Source: Mobula hypostoma (Eukaryota). Taken from it: a stretch of 64,000 nt of DNA. The DNA is taken from NCBI RefSeq assembly GCF_963921235.1, contig NC_086097.1:153204001-153268000 (forward strand). The letters are read 5' to 3'. Each line of letters starts with the position of its first letter. Position 1 is the stretch's first letter. Under the pieces are notes generated by a model. That model did not search any database. It was not told where the DNA came from and worked only from the letters and a program-made list of their open reading frames with translations. The position numbers and the translations under genes are program-made. Shown here piece by piece: positions 1 to 11,095 of this stretch.

Positions 1-262
1 CTGTGTGGTTAAGAAGACATACAGTGCACTGGCCTTCATCAACCGTGAGAGTGAGTTCAAGAGCTGAGAGGTAATGTTACAGCTGCATAGGACCCTGGTC
101 AGACCCCACATGGAGTACTGCACTCAGTTCTGGTCACCTCACTACAGGAAGGATGTAGAAACTATAGAAAGGGTGCAGAGGAGATTTACAAGAATATTAA
201 GCAACATACATCAAAGTTGCTGGTGAACGCAGCAGGCCAAGCAGCATCTATAGGAAGAGGCG

Positions 263-300
263 CAGTCGACGTTTCAGGCCGAGACCCTTCGTCAGGACTA
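263..300 (-). ncRNA. Minimal type I hammerhead ribozyme motif (intact core, GUC site)
   Basis: Minus strand reads TAGTC CTGACGA AGGGTCTCGGCCT GAAAC GTC GACTG: stem I AGTC/GACT, core CUGACGA and GAAA, palindromic ACGU helix III. Confidence 0.85.
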
Positions 301-592
301 ACTGAAGGAAGAGTGAGTAAGGGATTTGAAAGCTGGAGGGGGAGGGGGAGATGGAAAATGATAGGAGAAGACAGGAGGGGGAGGGATAGAGCCGAGAGCT
401 GGACAGGTGATAGGCAAAAGGGGATACGAGAGGATCATGGGACAGGAGGCCTAGGGAGAAAGACGGGGGGGGGGTGACCCAGAGGATGGGCAAGAGGTAT
501 ATTCAGAGGGACAGAGGGAGAAAAAGGAGAGTGAGAGAAAGAATGTGTGCATAAAAAGGAGTAACAGCTGGGGTACGAGGGGGAGGTGGGGC

Positions 593-1320
593 CTAGCGGA
601 AGTTAGAGAAGTCAATGTTCATGCCATCAGGTTGGAGGCTACCCAGACGGAATATAAGGTGTTGTTCCTCCAACCTGAGTGTGGCTTCATCTTTACAGTA
701 GAGGAGGCCGTGGATAGACATGTCAGAATGGGAATGGGATGTGGAATTAAAATATGTGGCCACTGGGAGATCCTGCTTTCTCTGGCGGACAGAGCGTAGA
801 TGTTCAGCAAAGCGGTCTCCCAGTCTGCGTCGGGTCTCACCAATATATAAAAGGCCACATCGGGAGCACCGGATGCAGTATATCACCCCAGTCGACTCAC
901 AGGTGAAGTGATGCCTCACCTGGAAGGACTGTTTGGGGCCCTGAATGGTGGTAAGGGAGGAAGTGTAAGGGCATGTGTAGCACTTGTTCCGCTTACACGG
1001 ATAAGTGCCAGGAGGGAGATCAGTGGGGAGGGATGGGGGGGACGAATGGACAAGGGAGTTGTGTAGGGAGCGATCCCTGCGGAATGCAGAGGGGGGGGAG
1101 GGAAAGATGTGCTTAGTGGTGGGATCCCGTTGGAGGTGGTGGAAGTTACGGAGAATAATATGTTGGACCCGGAGGCTGGTGGGGTGGTAGGTGAGGACCA
1201 GGGGAACCCTATTCCTAGTGGGGTGGTGGGAGGATGGAGTGAGAGCAGATGTACGTGAAATGGAGGAGATGCGTTTAAGAGCAGAGTTGATAGTGGAGGA
1301 AGGGAAGCCCCTTTCTTTAA
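593..1320 (-). pseudogene. Uninterrupted C-terminal ~240 codons of a PLE ORF (RT thumb/linker plus GIY-YIG endonuclease)
   Basis: Open frame KERGFPSS...GMNIDFSNFR; the predicted N-terminal part (1321-1456) is only antisense CR1 sequence. Confidence 0.85.
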
Positions 1321-1464
1321 TATTCTTTACAAGAATATTGTCTGGATTGGGGAGCATGCCTTGTGAAAATAGTTTGAGTGAACTTGACCTTTTCTCCTTG
1401 GAGCAATGGAGGATGAGAGGTGACCAGATAGAGGTATATAAGATGATGAGAGGCATTGATTGTG

Positions 1465-1678
1465 CAGATAAGAAGAACCCTTAACCCCGAGTGGAGTCAT
1501 CGGGATGCCATCAAGACGGTGTTTCTTTAGCAGGCTTTCTTAATTTTATGAGGCCGAGTTGCTAGATTGATGCTCAAACCAGCACAGATGGAAAACGTGC
1601 AAGGGAGCAGGCTGGATTTGAACTTGGGAGCCTTTGCTCCAAAGTCCAGCGCTAATGCCACTACGCCACCAGCTGGCA
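1465..1678 (-). mobile_element. tRNA-derived SINE
   Basis: Minus strand starts GCCAGCTGG-TGGCGTAGTGG (A box) ... AGTTCAAATCC (B box), ends in a TTCTTCTT tail; TSD TGATTGTG at 1457-1464 and 1679-1686. Confidence 0.85.
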
Positions 1679-3990
1679 TGATTGTGTGGATAGTCAGAGG
1701 CTTTTTCCCAGGGTTGAAATGCCTAACATGTGAGGACATAGCTTTAAGGTGTTTGAAAGTAGGTACAGAGGAGATGTCAAGGCGTAAGTTTTCTATGCAG
1801 AGAGTGGTGAGTGCGTGGAATGGACTGCCAGAAACAATGGTGGAGGCGGATACAATAGGGTCTTTTAAGAGACTCCTGGATAAGTACATGGAGCTTAGAA
1901 AAATAGAGGGCTATGGGTAACCCGTGGTAATTTCTAGAGTAAATACATGCTCAGCACAGCATTGTGGGCCGAAGGGCCTATATTCTGCTGTAGATTTTCT
2001 ATGTTTTTATCTTTCTATGTTCCTATCCACCAGTGTTTTCCTTCCTTACCTAAGACTTTGGGACTCTGGGAAAATCTTCTATTGAATCCTGCACCAGCTT
2101 CGGGCTGACAGAAGTTCCAGGAGATCTTTCATTTGAATGTGGAAAGAAAAGAAAGGATGAGTTTCTGATATTAGTCATTTGCTTTATTTAATGATTTTGA
2201 ATATCTGAAATGTGTTTTAAGTGTTTTAGTTTTCTTTAATATAAACTAAAATATATTTATTTCATTTAGTTTCTTTAGCAATTGATGAATACTGATTGAT
2301 TTGATAACTGGGGTAGTTGAAAACAGAACTTTACAAAGTTGGTGGGCAGTGCATGTCCATCTCTCCCACACCACTCATGTTGTTAGAGTCTCTCGCATAA
2401 ATCATAGTTTTCTCACTTAGTATTCGACCATTTAGGCAAGAAAAAAGAATGACCTTCCTGGTACTGAAAACGGGAAGGTGACCAAGGACTCCAGTAAATA
2501 AACTCTAGGTCATTGTACGTCTAATCCTCTGTAAATGACTCATAACCTTTCATTTCTTCTCTTTTCCATGAGTTAAATAAGATTTGATTAACCTTTGTTA
2601 ATCACTTCATAATCATTAGCCTTAACATTTATTAAAAATCTATTATTAATTAAGTCACGTTCCCTGTACATGAACTTTTAATCACTTCTATACAAATCTC
2701 TTTGTTTCTGTTAAGAAAATAATACCTTTCTCATATCCAAACAAAATAGCGTCACACTTCCATATAACTCTTTCCCTCATCTATTATTTAACCCACTTAT
2801 TCATTCTGTTTTTGTCCCTTCCTCACTTCTTTTTGTTTTCAATGAAACTTATCATGCATCTTTCCATACACATGGAGCACAATTATAAAGTGTGTCAATC
2901 AAATTATTACCATACAAATGAAATGCAAAGACTGCAGTACAGGTCCCTGTGATTTTTTTAAAAAAATGAATACTAGCTGCTACAATGTAATTAAAGATAC
3001 CAATCTTTTGTTCTGATTTTCTGTCTCCATTCTCCCAACCAAGCATGTATTCATGTTACAAAGTAGCTACTGATTATCTCTCTATGGAGATGATCTGGTT
3101 CTTCTTAATCAGTTGCTTAGGGCTGAGACTGATTTGTTTCCACTTGCAGGTTCTGGGGTGGCTGATGAAATCAGTGTGGGAGCAACAGACTGTCACAAAT
3201 GGGGCAAGAGATGGCTGAAAGGTCGGTTAAGTGGGTAACTTGTGAAGTAGTGCACTTTTACAATTTTAACAGACTTTGGAGTATTCCTAATGCAAGTTCT
3301 TGATGTTCATAATACTACATGAATCTTCCTTTGCCACATTGTTGTATTAAGGAACTGCAACTGGTGCTAGATAACTTGTGGATAAATTGGCAGACAGAGG
3401 GGTTGATTGACAAGAGTTACGGGAAGGTGGTTACTCCCTAATTGCAGGATGCAAGTAACTGGGTGACTGTCAGTAGAGGGGAAGGAAGTAGGCAGTAAGT
3501 GTGGGTATCACTGTGGCCATTCCCCTAAGTAACAAGTACATTGGTATGTATACTGTGGGGGTGAGCTAGCAGAGGAAAGCCACAGCAGACAGGTCTCTGG
3601 CACTGTCTAATTCTGTGGTTTAGAAGAGAAGAGAACAACAGGATTCATTAGTTAGGAGGAAAGACAGAAGATTGTTCCCCTCCCCTCCATAGTTGCTGCC
3701 TAACCAGCTGATTTCATCCAACAATTTGTGCGAGCTGCTCAGGAGATTCTGTGGATGAGAACGAGACTCCTGAATGGTATGTTGTCTCCCAGGGTCAGAG
3801 ATGTCTCGGATTGTGTCCACATCATTCATAAGGAGAAGGGAGGTCATCTAGGGAGTTAGGTTCAAAGTTAAAGGATAAAACCTCAAGGGTGGTGATCTCA
3901 GGATTGCTAACCATGCCACTTGCTAGGAAGGCAAGAGATAGGTAAATAATGTAATTTAACTGCTGGCTAAGGAGATGGTGCAAGAGGGAA

Positions 3991-5587
3991 GTGGTGTCCC
4001 CCGCTTTTTGAACGTTCACTTTACAAAACCTCACTGTTACGAAAGACCTACATTAGTACCCTGTTTTCGCTAACAGAAGGTGTTTTCACTGTTACAAAAA
4101 AAAGTCAGCACACGATAAAAGGCAGCGCGCCCCAAGCAGCCGCTGTCCCCCAGATTCAGAACGGCATTGCTTTATCACGTGCCTGTGAGCAGCCGTTAGC
4201 AAGATGAGTTCTGAGGTATTGGAAAAGCCTGAAAGTGCTCGTAAGGGTGTTACACTTAGCGTAAAACTAGACATAATTAAGTGTTTTGATCGTGGAGAAC
4301 GAAGTAAGGACAACGTGAGTTTGGCTTGCGGAAGCTGAAGAAGATGATGTTGAAGAGGTTTGGCATCCCATGACCAAGAACTGACAGATGAAGAGCTGAT
4401 GCAATTGGAAGAGGAAAGGATAACAATTGAAACCGAATGCAGTAGCGAAATGAACGTGAAGCAACTGCGTGAGACTTTCGCTGCAATGATAAATTACGAC
4501 TTTAATTTTAAAAGGGTACATAGGTTTAGGGGATATTTGCAAGATGGTTTGAGTCCTTACAAAGAACTGTATGATAGAAAAATGCGTGAGGCCCAGCAGT
4601 CAAGCAAGCATTCCACATCAGCCACAGCAGACGACGAACCTCGACCTTTGACATCGAGGCGGGCAGTCATAGGAGAAGATGAGCCACCTGCTCTAATGGA
4701 AACAGACAACGAGATGACACCCCAGTGTCCCACCACCCCAACCCCCAGGCCACGAACAGATACTGATTCGTGGAGAATGCAGCAGTATCCGGGAGGCACA
4801 CAGCACATCTTTAAGAAAAAAGCCGAAATAAACAGGCTAATTAATTAGTTGCCGCCCCACACGTAATTGTCAGCCCAGATCAGAGGGGATGCAATCGGCA
4901 ATCGGCACTGATCTGGGCCAACAATTATGTGTCGGGCGGCACCTAATTAATTAGCATGTTTATTTCGGCTTTTTTCTTAAAGATGTGCTCTGTGCCTCCC
5001 GGCTACCACTGGACCCCTGCATGTTTCGTGGCAATGTATCGGTTGGCGGACTGGAGGGTGGGGACCACTGCACCACCCAACCTGCGACGACTCAGTCTAA
5101 CACACCATCATCAGTGTGCTTGGCGCTGTCCCAATTCCAGTAAATGATACTACACTGTACATACATTATTTCTCCTTCATATAAGCTGTGTATTTTTACG
5201 TGTTATTTGGTATGATTTGGCAGCTTCATAGCTTAAACGTTACTGGACAGAGTGTTTTTGGCAACAGTGCTTGCGTGAGATTTTCTGCTGAGAGCGCTTG
5301 CATGAGATTTTTGCTTCAGAGAACAGTGCCGGCAATGATTGTGGAAAAGTATTTCTACTTTATATAGGCTGTGTATTTATCATATTATTCCTGCTTTTAC
5401 TATATGTTACTGTTATTTTAGGTTTTATGTGTTATTTGACATGATTTGGTAGGTTATTTTTGGGTCTGCGAACGCTCACAAAATTTTCCCATATAAATAA
5501 ATGGTAATTGCTTCTTCACTTTACGACATTTCGGCTTACGAACTGTTTCATAGGAACGCTCTACCTTTGGATGGTGGGGGAAACCTG
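3991..5587 (+). mobile_element. Internally deleted Tigger/pogo DNA transposon
   Basis: Imperfect TIRs GGTGTCCCCCGC... / ...GTGGGGGAAACCTG followed by TA; start of a CENP-B-type HTH (MSSEVLEKPESARKGVTLSVKLDIIKCFDRGE, from 4204) joined to an acidic TIGD1-like C-terminus (SHDQELTDEELMQLEEE...YKELY); no DDE domain. Confidence 0.85.
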
Positions 5588-5589
5588 TA

Positions 5590-5828
5590 CTTAATATTTC
5601 AACAATATTTGAGTAATATTATAAATATTGTTTGATTAAGAATTCTTGTTTGTATAAATAAGTCATTACAGTTTATATATAAAAGTACATGAATGGCATA
5701 CGTCATCACGCCACCATGTTCTATGTGCGCACCTCACTTAAAGTAAAAATGAATGACCATGAGTTATTTCCTGCACCGTGCTTTATCTTTTAATTGTTTT
5801 TTCTGTTTTGGAGCTACAAATCTTAACA
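5590..5828 (+). mobile_element. Probable solo-LTR remnant
   Basis: TATATAAAA box, AGTAAA signal, ends ...TTAACA exactly where the CR1 sequence resumes; 5' end not resolved. Confidence 0.45.
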
Positions 5829-7046
5829 GGATAGGTTCAGAGTTTTGGATCATGAGAGGCTCTTCCAGGCAAGGTATAGCCTGTAAAAACCAGACAGTTT
5901 TCACCCTAATGGAGGGGGACCAATATCCTTGCAGGAAGCTATGATAACTCAGTTAGAAATTGGCATGTCCTGTATCACTGAGTTGTGGCTGAGAGTTTAA
6001 CATCCAAGAATCCAAGGATATTGGAAGGACAGGCATGTAGGTGTGGCTCTGGTAAGAAAAAAAAGGAATCAAATCCTTAGTTCAAAGGAAAATTTATTAT
6101 CAGAATACATGCATGTCACCACATACAACCCTGAGGTTCTTTTTCCTCCAGGTATACCTAGCAAAACTATAGAATAGTAACTGTAAACAGGATCAACAAC
6201 CAACAAACTCTACAAATACAAATATAAATAATGAGAGCATAAAATATCATAATTAAGAGTCCTTAAAGAGAGACCTTTGGTTGTGGGAACACAAGAAAGA
6301 GGTGATCTAGGATCGGAAGATTGAGAATGTTGTGGGTAGAGTTAAGAAACTGCCAGATTAAAAAGAATCTGGGCTACAAACTTCAGTGGAAAATAGAAAA
6401 TACATGTCAAAAGAGCAATGTCATGGGGGATTTAAATATGCAGGAAGATTAGGGAAATCAGGTTGGTGCTGATTTTGGATCCCAAGAGAGAATTTGTAAA
6501 ATGGCTCGGAGATGGCTTTTAGAGCAGCTTGTGATTGAGTCCCCTAGGGGATCAACTATTCTGGATTGGGTGTTGTGTAATGAACTGGATTCGACTGTGA
6601 AACTTAAAGTCAAGGAATCATTCAGAGGCAGCAATTATAATATGATAGAATTCACTATGAAATTGGAGAGGGAGAAGCTAAAGTAAAATGTATCAGTACT
6701 ACAATGGAGTAAAAGAATTGCAAAGGCATGAAAGAGGAGTTAGCCAAAGTTGAGTGAGATGGCTGGAGTTTTTAGGGGTAATTGAGAAAGCGCAAATAAA
6801 CACATTCGAAAGAAAATGTACTCAAAAGGCAAGATAGAGCAACTGTAGCTGACAAGGCACATGTGCAGCACCATGTCGAAGGCCTTCTGAAAATCGAAGT
6901 ACACAACATCCACTAATTATCCTTTGTCAATCTGGCTTGTTATTTCCTCAAAGAATTCCTACAGATTTATCAGGCAGGATTTTTCCTTAAGAAAACCAAA
7001 CTTGTTAGAAAGATAAGAGCCCATGGTATTACAGGAAAGATACTAG

Positions 7047-7759
7047 GGTAGTCCCCTGGGGAGCCACAGGCTCGCTCAACTCGCAGTTGTCTAGGGGAAA
7101 CAGCCCTCGGCCCTGCCAAACTGGGTAATTAAGTTTGTGTGGGTGTTGTGTGATGTACCCCAACCTGCCAAATAACAGACAAAACACCATATATGATTAA
7201 TTAATTACAATTTATAGATATTACTGGAACTATATAATTAATAGAGATAAAATATAAAAAGGAAAATAAAAGGTGCCAAACTTATCAAAGTTCAATCTCT
7301 TCATGCACAAACAGTTGGAGCTCTAGTAACGATCCTCTTTTCACCATTCGATCCCCTCTGACCTCGACCTGCTGCCTGGGACCAACCACGGTGGTCGACC
7401 AGACGCTCCACACGAGTCTGTCTCCATCTCCTCTCCTCACCGAAGACCCTGGACCTCAGACTCCTGCTCGGGGTTTGACCCCGTTAGCCAGCTCCCAGCA
7501 CCATGTCCATTCTGTCTCTCCCCATCGCGCCTTCTGCACAAAAACCCGCGTAACACAATAGCTTACTGACACACTCGAAAGAATAACATCTATCCCAATT
7601 GGTTCATTATGCTCTCTTATCAATAATATAACCCAAACAAGCTGCTAGCGAGAGAACTTTCTCAGCAGTTAACATAACAAAGAAGCCATTTTAATTATAA
7701 CATAACAAAGAAGCCATTTTAATTAGCCTACGCAGTAACATAATAGAAGAAATCTTTTG
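7047..7759. mobile_element. ~713-bp LTR-like insertion within CR1
   Basis: Flanked by TACTAG at 7041-7046 and 7760-7765, splitting otherwise contiguous CR1 sequence; internal 28-bp tandem duplication at 7670-7725; termini are not clean TG..CA. Confidence 0.6.
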
Positions 7760-7992
7760 TACTAGCATCGATAGAGCATTGGATGATTAGCTGGAGTGAA
7801 AAAGTGGGAATAAAGGAAGCCTTTCCTGATAGCCTGCCCATGACTATTAGTGTTCCGCAGAGTTTAGTGTTGGGACTGCTTCTTTTTATGTTGTATATCA
7901 ATGATTTGAATGATGGAATTGATAACTTGGTGGCCTCATTTTTGGACGTTACAAAGATAGGTTGTTGAGCAGGTAGTGTTGAGAAAGCAGGG

Positions 7993-9028
7993 TGACATAA
8001 GCCACCCTGTATTTGCTAATTGTTGTCTTATCTAGAATCGTTAAGCTCTTGAATATTCTGTTTAATCTCGTCAAGTTTACTTTGACTGGCATGGGTTTTT
8101 CATGTACTGTGATTATTTAAAGCAGACTCCCGATTAGTGCTCATCACAGGGTCCTTGTGTTTTGAGAAGAATTTGTCTCGCAGTATTGCTCAGTCAAGCC
8201 ACTGTTATTCTGTTGGAATTCCTATGAATTCCTATAAGTGGCCGCCATCTTCTCCCGGGAGGGGGAAGAAGATGGCGGCACAAAGGCAGCGCACGCAACC
8301 ACTTTGGTGATGATGTCTGTTATCTGTCAAGTAGGGGACCATCCACAATTCTGCTTTGATGGAGACAGACGTGAGAGCACAGCGGAACATCTGGAAAACT
8401 TCTGAATTGCCCGCTTCGCTGCCGCTGCTACTGTGTGGTAACTGGAATCTCTGGAGCTGTAGGCCCCGAAATCCTCGGCTTTGTGTGTTTCAGTGGCTGG
8501 GGAGAGGTCGAAGGCACTTGGCAGAGGATGGCGCTTGGGAGGCTGTATTGGGAGAGGCTGGTCGGAAGCTCGAAGTTTTCGGATGGATGGACTCAGTGTC
8601 GACTGGGGTCGGCTGCTTCCAAGGTATCGACAAGTTGACGGTGCCTGGAGGTTTATGGCAGGGAGTTTCTCCCTTTTGCCACCTGCTATGGGGGAATCAG
8701 GAGTCGATCGACTCGGGACTTTGAGACTTTTTTTTTACTGTGCCCATGGTCTGTTTTTTTTATCAAATTATGGTATTGTTTTGCACTGCTGTAAGTATAT
8801 GTTATAATTATGTGGTTCTGTCAGTGTTAGTCTTTGGTTTGTTCTGTTTTTCTGTGATATCACTCTGGAAAAACATTGTATCATTTCTTAATACATATAT
8901 ACATTTCTAAATGACAATAAAAGAGGACTGAGTGTTCTCATAACCTAAACTGTCTTTTCTGTCTCTATGTGGGAGTCCGTTGTTTTTCCGCACCTGGGTT
9001 CAGTCATTTTTCAGCATACAGCTTGACA
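7993..9028 (+). mobile_element. Solo LTR (Gypsy/sushi-like), interrupted by a non-autonomous element at ~8238-8950
   Basis: TGACAT...TTGACA termini, TSD CAGGG/CAGTG (4 of 5), clear similarity to the LTR at 13447-13812. Confidence 0.75.
8238..8950 (+). mobile_element. Non-autonomous non-coding retroelement with YY1-motif head and Rex1-like AT-rich tail
   Basis: GC-rich 5' part with AAGATGGCGGC, T-rich 3' part ending AAATGACAATAAA...; interrupts the LTR. Confidence 0.55.
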
Positions 9029-9718
9029 CAGTGAGGCTGCTGAAGAGTTTGGACACATTAGGCGAATGGGCAAAGAAGTGGTAGATGTAACAGTCATGAA
9101 GTGTACGGTCATGCACTTTTGGAGAAGGAATACAAGCATAAGCTATTTTTAAATGGGGAGAAATTTCTAAAACTCAATTTATACTTATACTTATACTTTA
9201 TACTTTATTGTTGCCAAACAATTGATACTAGAATGTACAATCATCACAACGATATTTGATTCTGCGTTTCCCGCTCCCCTGGATTACAAATATTAAATAT
9301 TTAAAAAATTAAAAATAGTAAAAATTAGTAAATATTAAAAATTTGCAAAAGGCCTTGGGTATCCTCCTGCAGGATTTCCTAAAGGTTAACTTGCAAGTTC
9401 AGTCAATGGTGAGGAAGGAAAATGCAATGTTAGTATTCATTTTGAGGGGGCTGGAATATAAAAACAAGAATGCAATGCTGAGGCTTTAAAAGGAAACTGG
9501 CGGCCTCACTTGGAGCATTGTGAGCAGTTCTGGGCCCCTTATCTAAGAAAGGATGTGCTGACATTGGAAAGGGTTCAATGAAGATGACTCTGGAAATGAA
9601 AGCTTATCCTACAAGGAGCATTTGATGGCTCTGGGCCTGTACTCACCGGAATTTAGAAGAACAAGGGGGATTTCATTGAAACCCATTGAGTGTTGAAAGA
9701 ATAAATTGAGTGGATGTA

Positions 9719-10177
9719 ACATAGAAAATAGGTGCAGGAGTAGGCCATTCGGCCCTTCGAGCCTGCATCGCCATTTATTATGATCATGGTTGATCATCCA
9801 ACTCAGAACCCCGCCCCAGCCTTCCCTCCATACCCCCTGACCCCTGTAGCCACAAGGGCCATATCTAACTCCCTCTTAAACATAGCCAATGAACTGGCCT
9901 CAACAGTTTCCTGTGGCAGAGAATTCCACAGATTCACCACTCTCTGTGTGAAGAAGTTTTTCCTAATCTCGGTCCTAAAAGGCTTCCCCTCTATCCTCAA
10001 ACTGTGACCCCTCGTTCTGGACTTCCCCAACATCGGGAACAATCTTCCTGCATCTAGCCTGTCCAATCCCTTTAGGATCTTATACGTTTCAATCAGATCC
10101 CCCCTCAATCTTCTAAATTCCAACGAGTACAAGCCCAGTTCATCCAGTCTTTCTTCATATGAAAGTCCTGCCATCCC
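9719..10177 (-). mobile_element. Young CR1 3' fragment nested in an older CR1
   Basis: ORF 9803-10174 is nearly identical to the C-terminus of ORF 28892-30256; short ATGT duplication at the junctions. Confidence 0.9.
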
Positions 10178-10849
10178 ATGTGGAGAGGATATTTCCTAAA
10201 GTGGAGAAATCTAGGACGAGAGGGTACAATCTCAGAATAGAGGAACATCCATTCAGAACAGAGATGAGGAGGAATTTCTTTAGCTACAGGGTGGAGAATC
10301 TGTTGAAGTTAATTGCCACAGATGGCTCCAGAGACCAGTTCATTGGGTGTATTTAGGGCAGAAGTTGATTGATTAAGTCAGGGCATGAAAGTTTATGGGG
10401 AGGTGGCGGGAGAATGGAGTTGAGAGTGAAATGGATCAGCTATAGTGCAATGATGGAGAAGACTGAATGGGTCGAATGACATAATTTTACTCCTACGTCT
10501 TATAGTCTTACGATCTTTTACCAGTGCACTGGGGGTTTAAATTACAGTTCCAGGGTTGGGGGTGCAAATCAGAATGGCAGGTCAGCAAATGGAGTGGCTG
10601 TGGAGAAGGTAGATCTAAACCCTACATACAAAGACAAATGCTAAAAGCTGAGCATGATGGGACTAATGTTCTATGTTGTGTACATTTCAGTGAAGGAGTA
10701 TTGTAGGCAATGAAGAGGAACTTGGAGCATGGATAAATACATAGAATTACAATATTGCAGCCATTACTGAGACTTATTGTTGTAGCCATTAGTGGGACTT
10801 GGTCGTGAAGGAGTAGGGCTGGCAATTCAATGTTCCATCTGTTACCAAT

Positions 10850-11095
10850 TACCTTATCACCTCCCAGCTTCTTCCTTCATCCTGCTCTCCCACCCATCCA
10901 CCTTTCCCCTCACCTAATTTCACCCATCACCCTTTTGTGTGTACTCCTTTTTCTCCACCCACTTTCTTATTCTGACTTCCCCCGTCCTTCCTTTCGAGTT
11001 CTGATGAAAGGGCTTGGCTCAGAACAGCAAATCTTTATTCCATTCCATAGATGCTGCCTGACTTGCTGAGTTCTTCTAGCATTTTATGTGTGTCA
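10850..11095 (+). mobile_element. Old PLE 3' pLTR remnant with decayed hammerhead
   Basis: C/T-rich tract, then GAGTT CTGATGA AAGGGCTTGGCTC AGAAC (10996-11025) and the tail TTCCATAGATGCTGCCTGACTTGCTGAGTTC. Confidence 0.7.

Larger units (their letters stand above)
199..1325 (-). mobile_element. Penelope-like element (Neptune-type), 5'-truncated, with GIY-YIG endonuclease and hammerhead-bearing 3' pLTR
   Basis: ORF 593-1456(-) has the Cys-rich linker PCKRNKCYTC and GIY-YIG VIYCIRCSRCGLLYIGETRRRLGDRFAEH; perfect 14-bp TSD TTTACAAGAATATT at 185-198 and 1326-1339. Confidence 0.92.
1..2025 (+). mobile_element. CR1 (HER1-like) LINE 3' portion, interrupted by a PLE (199-1325) and a tRNA SINE (1465-1678)
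   Basis: RT C-terminal motifs (LVRPHMEYCTQFWSP; KFSMQRVVSAWNGLP...FKRLLDKYM) and a TTTCTATG-type tail at ~1995-2025; same family as 31543-32182, 46261-48671 and 57227-58096. Confidence 0.9.
3340..10510 (+). mobile_element. Decayed CR1 LINE sequence (ORF1 esterase-like, APE and RT remnants; possibly more than one copy) carrying many nested insertions
   Basis: APE-like LDWVLCNE...NYNMIEF (6501-6686), RT-like VPQSLVLGLLLFMLYINDL (7783-7968), CR1 3' end ~10180-10510; continuity across the inserts at 3991-5828, 7047-7759, 7993-9028 and 9719-10177. Confidence 0.7.

Noticed and set aside
217..477. Recurrent MLVNAAGQAAS... ORFs (also 21933-22271 and 24722-25069)
   Set aside because: Antisense frames of the same PLE pLTR; recurrence reflects repeat copy number, not coding
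330..480. G-quadruplex-prone G tracts
   Set aside because: Intrinsic strand bias of the PLE 3' region; not a locus-specific signal
593..1456. 287-aa ORF as a stand-alone GIY-YIG nuclease gene
   Set aside because: The first ~45 codons are antisense CR1 sequence beyond the TSD; it is a chance fusion to a truncated PLE
4360..4848. Possible domesticated TIGD-like gene
   Set aside because: The DDE domain and most of the DNA-binding domain are deleted, and the ORF runs into the palindrome
7670..7725. 28-bp direct repeat, CRISPR-like in length
   Set aside because: Two adjacent copies with no spacer, inside a vertebrate LTR-like element
8356..8807. Overlapping 67-122 aa ORFs
   Set aside because: No recognisable motifs; GC-rich interior of a non-autonomous repeat
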